Shown in pieces: positions 41,735 to 55,992 of a stretch of 64,000 bases of DNA. The notes beneath the pieces are model-generated. The model worked only from the letters and a program-made list of their open reading frames with translations. It was not told the DNA's origin and ran no database searches. This DNA is from the human T2T-CHM13v2.0 reference genome, Homo sapiens, in NCBI RefSeq assembly GCF_009914755.1, contig NC_060936.1. One strand, 5' to 3'. A program made the translations under genes and the position numbers. Position 1 is the stretch's first letter. The number at the start of each line of letters is the position of its first letter.

Positions 41735-41935
41735 AGTGCTTTAAAAGTATTATCTTTTATGTTCTCAATAACTCTACCAGGAAGGTGCTGTTAAAGCCCC
41801 ATTTTATAGCTGAGGAAGCCAAGACTTAGGAAAGTGACTGTAACAATTTGTTCAAGATCACGAAACTAGTAAGCAGCAGAACTAATAATCAAACCCTGGC
41901 TTGGATGAATCCAGGACCTGGACTTTTCACTATTG
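41735..41935 (-). mobile_element. MIR (antisense)
   Basis: ccccattttatagctgaggaagccaagacttagg...aatttgttcaagatcacgaaactagtaag. Confidence 0.8.
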
Positions 41936-42139
41936 TGTTAATTTTGCTTTAAATAGCCACATAATAAAAGCAAAGAATAGTTATTCACTCATCTTTGGTA
42001 AATATTTATCCTACTGTTGTCAGGAGAAATTTCATATTGTAAGTGTAGTTTTTAGAAGTAAATATGGCATGAAATGAATAACATATTCCAAGGCAAATTT
42101 AAGCAGCTTATGTGGATCAACAATCAGGCCAACCTCCTT

Positions 42140-42610
42140 TGCTATGGACTACTTGGCCATGTGTGATTTGGTCCATACTTATTTCCATCCACATCATTTC
42201 ATACTACTCCTCACCCTCCCCTTGTCTCTACATTCCTGCTACCCTAAACATCTCTGTGTTCCTTTAACATACCCAGCTTACACATCTCAGGGTTTTGCAC
42301 TGTTTTTGTTGACTGAATCTTTTTCCCTTGTTCTTCACTTATCTAGCATTCCTCAGCCTTCTGGTCTTATCTCCAAATACCACTTCTTCAAGGAAGCCTT
42401 CCAGGATGACCTATCTATCTAGAGCAGGCTCCCTTCAGTTACTTTCTGTTTCATTGTTTGGTTTATATTAGCAGAGTGCTTAAACTATTCTGAAATACAT
42501 ACTCCAAAAAAACAAGGAATTCACTTTCTTTCTCATCTTGGTATTCATTCCCAATATGCAGCAAAATTTCTGATACCATTTATACCTAATAAATATTGGT
42601 CAAATATTTT
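42140..42610 (+). mobile_element. L2 3' fragment
   Basis: cacttcttcaaggaagccttccaggatgacc...aataaatattggtc. Confidence 0.55.
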
Positions 42611-43954
42611 TGAGCATTTATGAGTAATTAAGACAAGTACTAAAGTAATTTGATCACAAACTACCAGAAGTCTAGATGTGAATAGCCAATGGTAAACCAC
42701 TCTAAACTTCTTAAAAAGGAGCAAGATAATTAAAATGACACTTAAGGAAGAGTTTTATTTTTGAGTGGAGTAGGTGAAAAGGTGAAAGACTATTAAGATG
42801 TTAACTTGGGAAAATAATTAAACTCCAGTGCAGGAGATTATCTTTGATGATTTAAAAATTTATTGCAAAGCTCTAAAAGTTCTAAAAGTTCTCAAGCTCT
42901 GAAAGTTGTTTTTAATTGTTATGATCTTAGAGTATTTTTATTGCTTACTTTCAAAATTACATATACTTAATTATTAAGATAATAGAAACCATTCTATTTT
43001 TGGAGGCCATCTTATTAGAGTGTTGATTTCTATGATGCTATAGTCGTAATCTTTTTTTCTATAAATTTATTGTCAGAGCAGTTGAGTCCTCTTTTCACCA
43101 GGAACATGTGCTCTTTAGAATGTAATGGAGTTTCATTTATCCACAGAACATTGTCTTAATATTAAGCATGGTTCTATGATAGTATTATTATTAAAGGAAA
43201 GCATATATTTGGAATAGTTTGCCTTAATAATTCTCCAAATTGGAAATTAATCTGGTATAATATATTTTGAAAGTTAATCTTTAATCACCATTTAAAGGCT
43301 GATATTTTAAAGGTAGCTAACTTTATCATGCTTCTGTAACTCTTAGCTGATTACTAGAAATACTATTTTGGTTTTGAAACTATTAGCATAAAGGATTCCG
43401 GAGAGCAATCATAATTCCAGTATAATGCCACAGTTGAAATTCAATAACAGTACCTAATAATTATAAAGATAAGGTGAGTAGTTATATAGCTGGCTGTGTC
43501 AAATGCTTGAAAATAATTTCAGTTGACAGTCAATTTCAGCACCTTTACATTTATAAATTACATGGATATTGAGCTTGGATATTTTAGATTAGATAGAAAA
43601 ATCAGATGGCTGTCAGTTTGTCATGGTTATAATGGTGACTAAATATTACTCAGGTATTACTCAGACCTATGTGTAATAGAAAAAGAAAATTCTTATTTCC
43701 TCATCTAAAGTCAGTGAGTGGCCCAACACTTGAGTGAAGATCTTTGCAAGCAGAAATAAATTCTTAGATTGAAACTTTAGCCCAACCACAGTAATTCATC
43801 TTCTGGAAAGCTGAGGCTTTTCAAATCAGTTAGGCTAGAATGGGAAGCAAATCCCATTGAAAGATATAAAACTATGAGGGAGAAAAGAATGACAGTAAAC
43901 AAATCTGAGCTAATGTTATACTGTTGTGTATGTCTTTCTTTTAAAATTTGATAG

Positions 43955-44052
43955 ATATTTTGCTAGATGATGCTGGTGATGCAACTGGACATAAAGATGG
44001 CCGCAGTGTGAAAATTATAGTCTCCATAAGCAAGGGCTATGGTCGAGCAAAG
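43955..44052 (+). CDS. NAV3: NAV3 coding exon, 98 nt (DILLDDAGDATGHKDGRSVKIIVSISKGYGRAK)
   Basis: tttgatag acceptor, AAG|gtactt donor, phase 1/0. Confidence 0.93.
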
Positions 44053-45067
44053 GTACTTCTTTAATCTTAAACTCTTTATTACTAACAATGAGAATTACCA
44101 TGAGTCAAGTGTATTTTATGTGTGAATATTTGATCTGGTAAATATCCTACAACAATTGTGGATTGGCATTAGCTTAACATGTCATACAAACATGAAAAGG
44201 ACAATAAAAGGATGACATCATCATAGAGGTAGAAATGTGTCTTACATGTACCTCACATTCATTCACTGAAAATAATATTAATAGCCCCTCATTTCTAAAA
44301 CTTTAAAAAATAGTTATTTCTTTGGCAAACATCTTGTCTGACATATTCTTTTGGTTTCACTTATTTGTTATAGGTAATGTTTATGATGTGCAGTCGCTAG
44401 AGCTGTCAATATGGTCTTTATACAAAGGGAAGACTCTAAACTAAATGAATATTTTAGAAATCAGAAAGACACATGTTCTACTGAACTTGGTAAGACAAAT
44501 TCCATTGATGTTACTTGTCTATTTAAGCAAGGTCCTAGATGACCAGACAAGTATTTTAATTTTTTTGCAATGAAATATTGCCTTCAAATTGGCAATGCCA
44601 TTCTGACTCTATCCCTTTCTTAAAACAACAACAAAAACAAATTTTAAGTTAAAATTTTAGTTGAGTGGCCAAAAATACAAATTTCTAAGTATCCAATTTT
44701 TTTACATCAAGCAAATAAAAATTCTTTAGAATTTTAAAATAAAGTACTTAAGTTTGAAAAGTAAGATAGCACTTGTGAATTCTTACCTTAAGCCAATGTT
44801 CCAAGGATTCCAATACCATCAACTTTCTGCTTGAGCTGCAGATGTGTACCTACTTTTCCCAAGTGGGTCTTTATGTGAGAGACAGTAATACTCTTAGTGA
44901 AACATAAACTAACTTTGATTTAAAAGCAGCTTTTTATAAGGTATTGCATAAGCAGTAATTTTAACTGGGTTATAAACACACTGAAAAATAAGATTTCCTG
45001 TTCACAGTAATTCTAACAGACAATGCCTTTGAACACTTTTTTCTAAAAAAGCTTCCATGAAAGTACT

Positions 45068-45463
45068 TGTCTTATTCTACTTGGACTTCCATAATAAAAT
45101 AACAGACTAGGTGGCCTAAACAACAGAAATTTATTTTCTCACAGTTCTGGAGGCTAGCCAGTCTAAGATCAAGGTGCTAGCTGATTTGGTTCCTGGTGAG
45201 GGCTCTCTTTTTGCATTGCAGGTGGTGGAATTCATGCTGTGTCTTCACACAGTCTTACCTCAGTGTCTGTAGGTAGGAAGAGAGAAAGACTACAAATCCT
45301 GAATTATCTACTTTACCCAGTAATCCCATCATGAAAGTCCCACCATTATGATTTCATTTAATCCTAATTACCTCCCAAAGACCTCATCTCCTAATACCAT
45401 CAATTTGGAAGTTAGGGCTTCGATGTATGAATTTTGAGGAGACACAAATATCATTTCATAACA
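45068..45463 (-). mobile_element. MLT1A-like MaLR solo LTR
   Basis: TG...CA ends; aaacaacagaaatttattttctcacagttctggaggct and aatcctaattacctcccaaagacc hallmarks. Confidence 0.85.
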
Positions 45464-46601
45464 ATAGTAACAAAAATCACAATTGTCAGCTGTGGATTTC
45501 TCAACTTATTCTGCAAAAGGTATTAGATTCTAACTCAGATTATACCTGAATAATTTTGATAACCATTTATCCTTATGGTGCTAAATATTACATATTAAGA
45601 GATTGAGGGTCTGAGCCAGCTAAGTGATTTACCTAAGGTCACATTTCTTAATTAGGTGGTAGGTATTATGTGTTATAGAATCCATATCTTCTAACTCATG
45701 ACTCAGTGATTATTCTACCACCCGTTAATGATAACATACTTGGTGACTAGAACCAGGATTATAATATGTCAACTATCTAATTATATCTACTGGAATCATA
45801 ATCACTATTTCGTTAACCATTTCTGGTCATCATAATAGAGGCTCTAGCTAGACTACAAATTTTGAATTATTTACCTTTCTAATATATGTAGAAATTTCTC
45901 AAAATCCCATCCTACAAAAAAGATAGATTTGGAACCATTATGTTTATTATAAAATAATTACTTGTTTGATGAAACGAATCCTGTAGGTTTCTCTGGCAAG
46001 GTCTTTTAAATAGAGAATTTCTGATAAATTCAAAATGGAACCTGTTTTGTAGGTATGCAAATACCTTATATTATCATAGATAACACATTTTAAAGCGAGA
46101 TTGGATTCTAGATTAAAATTAATAAAACAACTGAGTTTTGGACTTATCAAAGGTAAGATCACAAAATAGTAAGATAAAGTTCTAGAATTCATATAATATG
46201 GTTCTGTTCTGTCTCTCTCACCATTTCCCTCCTACCAAGCTGCTTCTCTTTAAGAAAGTATGCACTGCATTATAATGCAAGAGTATTCTTTCAGATTCCT
46301 TCACCTTTGCCTTCTACAGAACAGGTCATGGATCAGTTTTCCTCGACATGCTGCTTTATCTCATCTCTTTCTTTCTTGTTGCTGTTGCTATTGCTGTTAC
46401 TTTATTTGTTTGGTTGGTTAGTTGGCTGAAATATGTTTTATGTTATATAATCCACCATGTGTGTCTGTTACTATAGAAGCCACAGGTTTAACAAATAGTT
46501 TAGTCTTAACAACAACTACATTAACTAATTTTAGTAGAAAATGTAGTAATAAAAAAGATACACGGTTGGATTTTATCTTACTTTATTTTGTTCTTATTTA
46601 G

Positions 46602-46697
46602 GACCAAAAATCTCAGGCATATTTGATAGGATCCATTGGTGTTAGTGGAAAAACCAAGTGGGATGTCTTAGATGGTGTAATAAGACGTCTCTTTAAG
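46602..46697 (+). CDS. NAV3: NAV3 coding exon, 96 nt (DQKSQAYLIGSIGVSGKTKWDVLDGVIRRLFK)
   Basis: tatttag acceptor, AAG|gtatgt donor, phase 0/0. Confidence 0.97.
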
Positions 46698-46962
46698 GTA
46701 TGTTGTGCAAGACACCCTAATAGTACTTTTCAAATATGTTTCTCTTTAATTGTTTTCCATAACTTCAATAGCAGAGACACATCTTCTTTTCCTCTCCTCA
46801 AATAAGGAAAGCTTTCTGTTTGTGCTATTTGATATTAACAGTTCTTATATTACCCATTTCTAATATTCTTGACAACTAGCTCTATATCCCTGTGAGTTAT
46901 GTATTTGTTGTAGATGAGTTGAACCTCTGTTTTGACTTTATTTTTTGTGTGTACCATTGTAG

Positions 46963-47131
46963 GAATATGTATTCCGAATTGATACATCCACTAGCCTTGG
47001 TCTGAGCTCTGACTGCATTGCTAGCTACTGTATAGGAGACTTAATTAGATCCCATAACCTAGAAGTGCCTGAATTGCTGCCTTGTGGATACCTTGTTGGA
47101 GATAATAACATCATCACTGTGAACCTCAAAG
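46963..47131 (+). CDS. NAV3: NAV3 coding exon, 169 nt (EYVFRIDTSTSLGLSS...NIITVNLK)
   Basis: attgtag acceptor, AAG|gtaaaa donor, phase 0/1. Confidence 0.97.
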
Positions 47132-48337
47132 GTAAAAGCGATAATGAAAAGCAAGGCAGAAATATAATTTTTAGCAACATTTTATTCTGCCCCCCGCCCC
47201 TTTTTGGCCAGTTTCCCTTAAAATTTTTCTATTTGAAAACTCTGTAGTATTTTAAAAATCAATATGACTCATTTCATACCAAAACTATTAAATACTACAA
47301 TCCTACTAAAAACACTAGAATATAAAGAAATTTAGTTCTTTGGGTTCTGGGATTTGAAGATTCAAGACTCACAAAAAGGAATGTGATTTAGGAATTTCAA
47401 ATTTCTGGATTTTCTTCATTATCATCTTTCATTACAGGAGGATTCAAAACATTTAGTGTGTATTCCAAAGTTACATATTCATTGATATATCTTTGATTTT
47501 AAAATGTGTATGCCTAATAAATACCCCCCAGGAAGAGGGAATAGAAGTTAAGAATCAAGGATGGAAAGTTCTGAGAATTTTCTTTGCTTTAGATGATGTG
47601 ATTAATTATAGGCTAATGTAATATCTGAAGCATCTTTGTCTTCATAATTCCTTGTTTATTTATGTTAAAGAATCAGGATACATCTATATAAACTGTGAGT
47701 TAATAGAGGAATTTGTCAATATTTGATTTTATGATGAAGGTAATTGAGTTCGTAAAATGAGATACTGTTGCTCCTTTCTTAATTCCTTGCCAAACGTAAC
47801 AATTTGTATTCTTCAAAAGCTTGAGTGGTTGTACAACTAGGATGCATAATGAGAGATAGAAGAGAATAAGGAGATGGGGTGAAGAGAAAGTAAAAGAAAG
47901 AACACACACACACCCATATATATATATATGGGTGTGTGTGTATATAATCTTCACATTTATTCTTCACATTTATTCTTATAGTCTTCACATTTATTCTTAA
48001 CAAAGATAATCATCTTCAATAAAAGATGTTATGATAGCATTTATAATGCTTCCATTTCTCTCTGGAAACATAAATGAAAACAAGAAGTAGACAGTGGAGT
48101 GAAGCCTGAAGAAAAAGAAACAGCTTGCTTTTGTTTAGATGTTCACTCTGCCATATTACTGATATATTTTCTTCCTTGAAATGGCAACGCATATTTGTGG
48201 GATAGAAATATCTAGGAAATTATTTTTCAAGGACTCTATTCCTATGACTAACAATGCTGTTGCTGTTTAGCATGATATTTTAAATTCTAGCTTATGTAGA
48301 ACAATAAATCATGCTATTTTTTTGTTTCTTCTTTCAG

Positions 48338-48573
48338 GGGTAGAAGAAAATAGTTTGGACAGTTTTGTTTTTGATACGCTGATTCCTAAACCAATTACCC
48401 AAAGGTACTTTAACTTGTTGATGGAGCATCACAGAATTATACTCTCAGGACCGAGTGGTACTGGAAAGACCTATTTGGCAAACAAACTTGCTGAATATGT
48501 AATAACCAAATCTGGAAGGAAAAAAACAGAGGATGCAATTGCCACTTTTAATGTGGACCACAAGTCAAGTAAG
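48338..48573 (+). CDS. NAV3: NAV3 coding exon, 236 nt; AAA+ Walker A GPSGTGKT at 48448-48471
   Basis: ctttcag acceptor, AAG|gtatgt donor, phase 1/0; P-loop motif. Confidence 0.98.
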
Positions 48574-50651
48574 GTATGTTACAGAATTCTAAGAGAACAG
48601 CTACAATTTATCCATAAGTGTTTTAAGCAATCAAATTATAAGATTTTGTGAGACTTCCATGTTGTACATGGAAAAGAATATCCATCTTTTTTTTACTAGA
48701 ATTGTAACCTGGTGAGTGATCAAACTCTGTTTCATGAATTTGAACAAGACTACTATTTTCAGTAACATTCAGTTATCAGGTACTCCCTAAGATATTGGGA
48801 ATATACAGAATAATATGACAGGTCTCCTATGGCATGGTTTCTCTTAGACATCCACCTAGAAACTGTTACAGTAGAAAGAGGTCCGTGCACAAGCAACAAG
48901 GAAGAATAACTTTTCTTGGAGGCATCAGAGCTTTATAAAGGGGTAATAGTTTGTTGGATCTTAATAGATAAGTAGGAAATAACATGGGTTTTGCAGGAAT
49001 GGAGATTTGGCAATAATTAGAATATTCCAAGCAGATATTCTGGGAGCAGCTATTTGCTTATGTCACATCTCCCTAAAATTTTTGTTTAGGAACCTTAGGA
49101 AAGTTAACAACATTCAATTTCACCACCATCTACGGTCTAATGTGCCATAGTAATCAGCCTGAACACTCAGATATTAAAAAGTCATGAGGGCCTATACGGC
49201 GTAGCCTGTACTTTCTTATTTTCTGAGTAAAACAAAAAATCCTAAAAAGGAAATAGTTGATGGCTAACATATTTTTAACACTAACCTAGTTTTACCTGTA
49301 ATTATTTATTAAAGTCTGAATCAATGAAACCTAAAAGTTTCTGTCGGGAAAATGCAACTATTATAAGCAATACCTTGAGGGAATCCCAATTATACTGGGT
49401 CATATTACTCTTTCAAGGATAACCTGGTTCAATGATCTAAACTGTCCCAGTTTCTCAGAAACCTGAAGTCTGCAAATTTTCAGAAATAAATGTGACTCCC
49501 AAGAGCAGCCCAAACCCATTAGATTCTTGAAATAAGCCAGGCATATAGCTTAATGAACAAAAAGTATTAATTTTCTCACCTGTAAAATGAGGGAAATAGT
49601 AGGGCTATTCTAAAGACTAAATAAATGAGTGTGTATATGCATGTGTGTGTCTGTGTGTGTGTGAGAGAGACAGAGAGAACAGCGCAAGTAGCAAGCACGA
49701 TATAAGAGTTGCTTGCAATTTTTAATTATAGCCCTTGGCTCCCAGTGAAGATTTCTCTCACAAGCATACACACACATATGCACAGTGCACGCGCACATAC
49801 ACATACAACCACACACACACACATCTTTGTTCAAAACCGTTTTATATGTGTCCTTCAAAAACAACGATGTACATAAAGCACAATGGGATCTCTTAAAGTT
49901 AAATAAATGCAATACATAAATTCTGAATATTTCCTTGGAACTCAGACCTATTCAAATGTGGTTGAACCACCATCTAAAGAAAGACATAGAACCTGAGGTA
50001 GAGTATTTGGCTCTTCTCTGAGCAAAAGTAGGAAGAGCACAATTGTCTGTTTGCTTCAGCTGACATGTTTAATGCTTCCTGTGAATTCTGTCTCCTCATA
50101 TCTTTATATAAAAGCCTTTTAGCACAGTTTTAAATATTTTCAGCCAAAAAATATGAAAGGTTTGAAAGGCCTCTTAGTCATCCTCAGTGTTTGTTTTTTC
50201 CTCAATGTTGGTATGACAAAACTCTTTACAAGGTACTTTTTTTATGGAATAAAAAAGTGTTTAGAAAATAAGAGCAAAATAGATTTATTGGAGGAGATCA
50301 TGACATTTTGATAAAGTTGAGGATCACTTAAAATCGTTTTGAATTAAATAGATGAAGTTTCATTAGAATGTAGTTAACATGCTAAAACAAAATAGGTAAT
50401 TCCCATTAATTTTAAAACATAGCTTTCCCTAAAAAATATCTATCTGTCTATCTATCCATCTATCTATATATGTATGTATATATTTCAGCTTAGGAAAAAA
50501 AGTTTATTGCTTAGAGATGTTCTGTTAAGAACATGTTAGTGTCCTATTAACTTTTTTATGAAATATTTCCGACACTCTTATTTTTTGCTTTTTCAGAGTA
50601 CAGGCTATTTGTGCCATTATTAGGCCAGTTCAGTACTTCATTGCAAAATAA

Positions 50652-51063
<412 letters not shown>

Positions 51064-52199
51064 CAGAAAGAAACTCTTGAACAAATCACAATAGCATTCA
51101 TTCCCAAGAAAACACAAATTATAACTAAAAAATATTTATTTTTTATGTTATTCCTTATGGTTTGAAGATATGAACAAGCTATCAGTAATGCTGAATACAA
51201 ACTCGTTGCCAGAAAATTTGGACAATTTTTGCCAAATTGACAGAGAATACCCACTATTTTCCTGGGAGTTGGGGGTGAGGGTAAGTGAGGATAAATATAA
51301 AAAAAGAGGGGATGACAAGTTGAGATTGTGTTAGGGATACCAACAGTGTAGATTTACTGAAGTAACATGATAATGAGGCATGAAATAATAAATCCTGTTC
51401 CTGAAAACCTGGAGCTGTGTAAATGCTGACGCATTTTATGCTGTGCCATAGATAGCACTGAAGAGACAAATCCAAAAAGCACTTACTGATTCAGAAAAAA
51501 AGAAGAAACTCAAACCACAAATCATCAAATGAAAAACATCTTTTCATGTTTTCAGTACCTCTGCACTTTACATTCTGTTCCTCTTCCCACACTTCAAGCC
51601 CTCCCTCAAGCTGCCAGCTGGAATATTTTGATTGAGAGCAGTACACATAAACAATTACACTTTGTGACATTCGATATAGTAGGCCCAGAGGGCTAGAGGT
51701 GGATTTAGTAGAGAATACATGGTCAGCTGAAGCCATTTGGAATGTTAGGCTGGAAAAGATCAGAAAACTGTACCTGATAGATTCCTTTTTAGTGTGTCTG
51801 GAGTCAGCATCTGAGAAAGCAGTGATCTACCATTTTTATGTAACTGTGGTGTTCCACCTGTAGTTTCAGAGTATGGGATTCATCTCATTGCCAACTCCCA
51901 TCTGGTAGATATGCCTGTTTCCTTCTACCTGACTAGATCTGGAAAAAAGACTTTTAATGCCGGTGCATCAGTGCCTCAATCTAAGATTTCATTTTCATCA
52001 AGCTAGAGTGGGTATCATGAAGTTATTTCAAGGGAATCTGTGAAAAACTCCTCTAAGTTATAGGAAAAAAGTTTATTTATGTTTGCCTGTTTCTACATCC
52101 ATTGCTTTATACCTACCATCAGATTCCCAGGGGATCCACTACCCTCTCAAGATGAAAGAAAGCCACATTATAATTAGAACCTAAAGTCTCTGATTGTCC

Positions 52200-54440
52200 A
52201 AAAATGACCCAGTGACCTGCTAATTACAAAACTCAGTTCCTTTGTGCCTCCCCACTCTCTCTCTCTCTTTCTGACATTCATGTTATCATTTTCTCCTTGT
52301 TTCCTGCTCCCTGGTAAATTGCTTTTCAGTTTTTTTCTCTCTGCTCTTCCTTCACTTCCCAGTAAATGAAACTGTTTTTCTTTATAATGAACTATTCTGT
52401 TCTCTCTCACTTTTATTCTCCTTTGGATGACTCTTGTGGCTTCAACTTGGCTTGACTTGTGTGGTTGACTTCAATTAAACACTATCAGCCATGCCCATTC
52501 TCCCAAATTTGTAAGCTTTCTATCATCCCACACATATGTTTCTATTCACCTACTAAATATACCTGTTGAGAATTGACAATTTCAGCCCCAAACACATATT
52601 ATAAGTTTATCCTCTTCCATTGCTTTCCAACAAAACCACCCTCCACCCCAGATTAACATCCTCCTCTGTTGTTTCTTGGATTTCTACAATTATTTTTTAA
52701 CTGCTTGATACACGATTTCCTTTAAATTTCCCTTCTCTCTTTTTTTGGGATATATTCATTCACCTCATGGAACATAGAATATCTTTTCATAATTAAAATC
52801 TGATCAAATTTTTCAATGTTTTCTTATAGATTTCTGTACTACATCAAAAACATCACATTGTTCCTTGTTCAGTCCCTTAGTATCTCTAGGCTTCAATAAT
52901 TTCAACATTCTCTTGGCTGGTCTTGCTTCTTCCTTTCAATATGCTCACCACATGTTTAATCACCATTGTGACTACTTACTCAGGTCACCAGAAGAATGTT
53001 TCTTCACTGCCAAAAGGAGATGTCCAGCGATCTTACTAATCATTTAAGGTTGCAGTTTCCTTTACAATTTCATTACCACCATTTCCTTTCACAAAACACA
53101 TATTCTTAGCTTTTTTCCTACATGGATATCATATTTTCGTGTTTCTGACTGGTTATTCTTCTCTATTTGGAAAGCTCTTCTGTTGTGTTTAAGCATCAAG
53201 GTATTACCCAATCTTTAAAATAAGGGAATAATAGCAAATCATACTGCCACCACAGTACATTTTCCAGACGCTACAATCAATCTTTACATACTATAAACAA
53301 AATCTTTGATCTATACTTTTTTGAAGTAGTGTATTATTTTGACTGTGAATTATTGTTATATATGTATATGCCTGACCTTCTATTCCAGGAAGGTAATAAG
53401 CTTCTTAAATGCTATTTCCTTTTCTAATTAATTCTTCTATCTTTCACATTTCTGTTTCCTTGGATAAATAAATTGCTTTCCTCTACTGAAAACAAAGAAG
53501 CAAACAAACATATCAATGTTCCACACTTCTTTATATAATAAAATGCAACTTCTTCTGCATGGATTCAAAGTCTTTTTTTCTTTTTTATTGCCACCACCAG
53601 TAGCATGTACTATATTTTTCTATAACAACAGAACACTTATTTCCCAAAACACATCATACACTTACACTTTTCAGGTTTCACTTTTTATTCTTTAGATTTC
53701 AATCCTTTTTATTATTATTATTATTATTTGCTTTTTTTTCCCTTTTAACCACTGTACTCTGTTTTTCTGTGAACCTTAAGTCTGGATTAGATGCCTCTCT
53801 TATGTCTCCCTATAATGTTTTGTGCATTTCACTTAGCACACTGTATTGTGAATCACTTGCTGACCAGCTTCTCTGCTTATCAACTCTAAGTTTCTGAAAG
53901 ACAGAAATTATGTTTTATCTCTAAATCCCTGGTGCCAGCAGGATGTGCCAGTTGGAATTAATCTCTTTCCCTCCTATAGGCCACATGCCTCCTTTATCCT
54001 CTCTCATGGAATGTTTTACCTTGCATTTTGTAAATTCATCATTATTTACATGTGTGCCTACCACCCCACTCAGGCTCCAGTGTTACCTCCTCCAGAAAAC
54101 CATTCTTGACACCCAGCAGCTAGGCTAAATCTCTTCCCTTGACTTCTCATATCTCATAATATATTTATGATATTATATTGAAATCATTTGTAACATTTAA
54201 ATTCCAGTCCCTAATGTGACAACTCTTAGAGCTTGCAGGGGAAACCAGCCTGATTACCCTTTTTAGTCCTCATGTCCGGAAAAGTACTTGATGCAGTTCA
54301 TAATAAATGTTAAACCTACTTAAACTCCATTGATAGCAGGAATCAGACTTCACTATTTTTGTATACCCAGGGCTTGGTCTAAGGCTATGAACGCAGTAGA
54401 TAGACAGTGCATATTTTATAAACGAATGAATGACTTAATG
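52200..54440 (+). mobile_element. Patchwork of degraded L2 fragments
   Basis: Pyrimidine-rich sequence with L2-like 3' ends (tccctggtgccagcagg; gtatacccagggcttgg...gaatgaatga). Confidence 0.45.
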
Positions 54441-55600
54441 TAGCTAAATTAGTGACATAAATTTTATTTTTTCTTTTGAAGTAAATAGAATTCTCCAGAA
54501 TATTCAACAGTTTTAAACATATTTTTTTCTGCATTCTCTGACTTAGGCAAGATTTATTTTATGTGATTAGCTCAATAGAAAACAAATAGTACTTTATTTC
54601 CTTAATACATTTTTATATTTGAACATAAATAAAAATTACTAAATGCCTCAAAATCCTGGCCCGTTGTTTTATCTCCTACTTTTATTTCCAGCAGTGGTGT
54701 TACAGACAGAGAGAGGTTGCATCTAGAGTGAGCAATTCACATATTTACCTGGCTGCCAGAAACCAAAATCATGGAATTGTTTTATAACCCTGAGCACGAT
54801 TTGCAAATTGAAAATGTCATTGTAAATATGCAAATATTATGGAAATGTTCTTACTGATTAGGATAATTTTAAGAAACCTAATTATGTTCCTGGCCTACCC
54901 ATCTGTGAGAGCAGTCAATCAGCAAACTGGTTATCATATTTAGATTAAAAGCTATTAGACAGGAATAATACCTGTAAAAGAACCAATAAACTCAGGAGAT
55001 GCTAAATTTTGTCTTTGTTTAAAATTACAGCAATTGCATGCAGATTATAAATAAATAATAAGCATACTTTTATCAAGGTCCTATGGCTGTACTTTTAGAT
55101 ATACCCCATCTACCTGAATTAGAATTAACACATTAAAAATATTAGTGGAACCTGAGAAATGCCATTTTGAATTTAGTTCATACTTGAAATATTAAGGTTG
55201 CTAAAATTTACTTTTATCATTGAATACCAAAACTCAGAATAAAATCTCAATATATGTGGTTTATCATAAGAGTTCATATCCAGAACTCATTTTGGCTTTT
55301 CTTTCAGGGAGAAAACCACTTAGAAATATGCCGTCATGTTTATACTTTTATATTTGCTGCAGGTGTTTGGTACTGGATCTTCTATTGCTTTCCTTTTTCT
55401 TGCTTTCATTTAAAAAAATTATTCTGTCAGCAATATATGGTTTTTGATTTGTAGGAAAAGATTTTACATCAGTTGAATAATCTATGACTTTAATGAAAGA
55501 AACGGAATAGAGGACAAAGCGTGCTATTCCTAAAATATTAACTGCTTCCTATTAGTATAAATTTATCACTGACGTATCTGTTTTCTTCATTTTTTAAAAG

Positions 55601-55755
55601 GAATTGCAACAATATCTAGCTAACCTGGCTGAACAGTGCAGTGCTGATAATAATGGAGTGGAGCTCCCAGTTGTAATAATTCTTGATAATCTTCATCATG
55701 TGGGCTCTCTGAGTGATATCTTCAATGGTTTTCTCAATTGTAAATACAACAAATG
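55601..55755 (+). CDS. NAV3: NAV3 coding exon, 155 nt; Walker B-like VIILDN at 55673-55690
   Basis: ttttaaaag acceptor with cactgac branch-like motif, ATG|gtatgc donor, phase 0/2. Confidence 0.97.
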
Positions 55756-55849
55756 GTATGCTTATCAAATATTCTGAATAATGAAATATGAAATAATTAT
55801 CATCAAATTTGCCTTCTTGTACATGTATGCATTTTTAAAATTTGTTTAA

Positions 55850-55992
55850 TATTTAATTTTTATTTTTTAAATTGACAGATAAAACTGTACATATTGATTG
55901 TGTACACCATGATGTTTTGAAGTAAATGTACACTGTAGAATGATTAACTCCAGCTAATTAACATGTGAACTACCTCAGTAGTTATTATTTTT
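55850..55992 (-). mobile_element. L1MA 3' terminal fragment
   Basis: aattgacagataaaactgtacatatt...atgatgttttgaagt...agctaattaacat. Confidence 0.75.
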
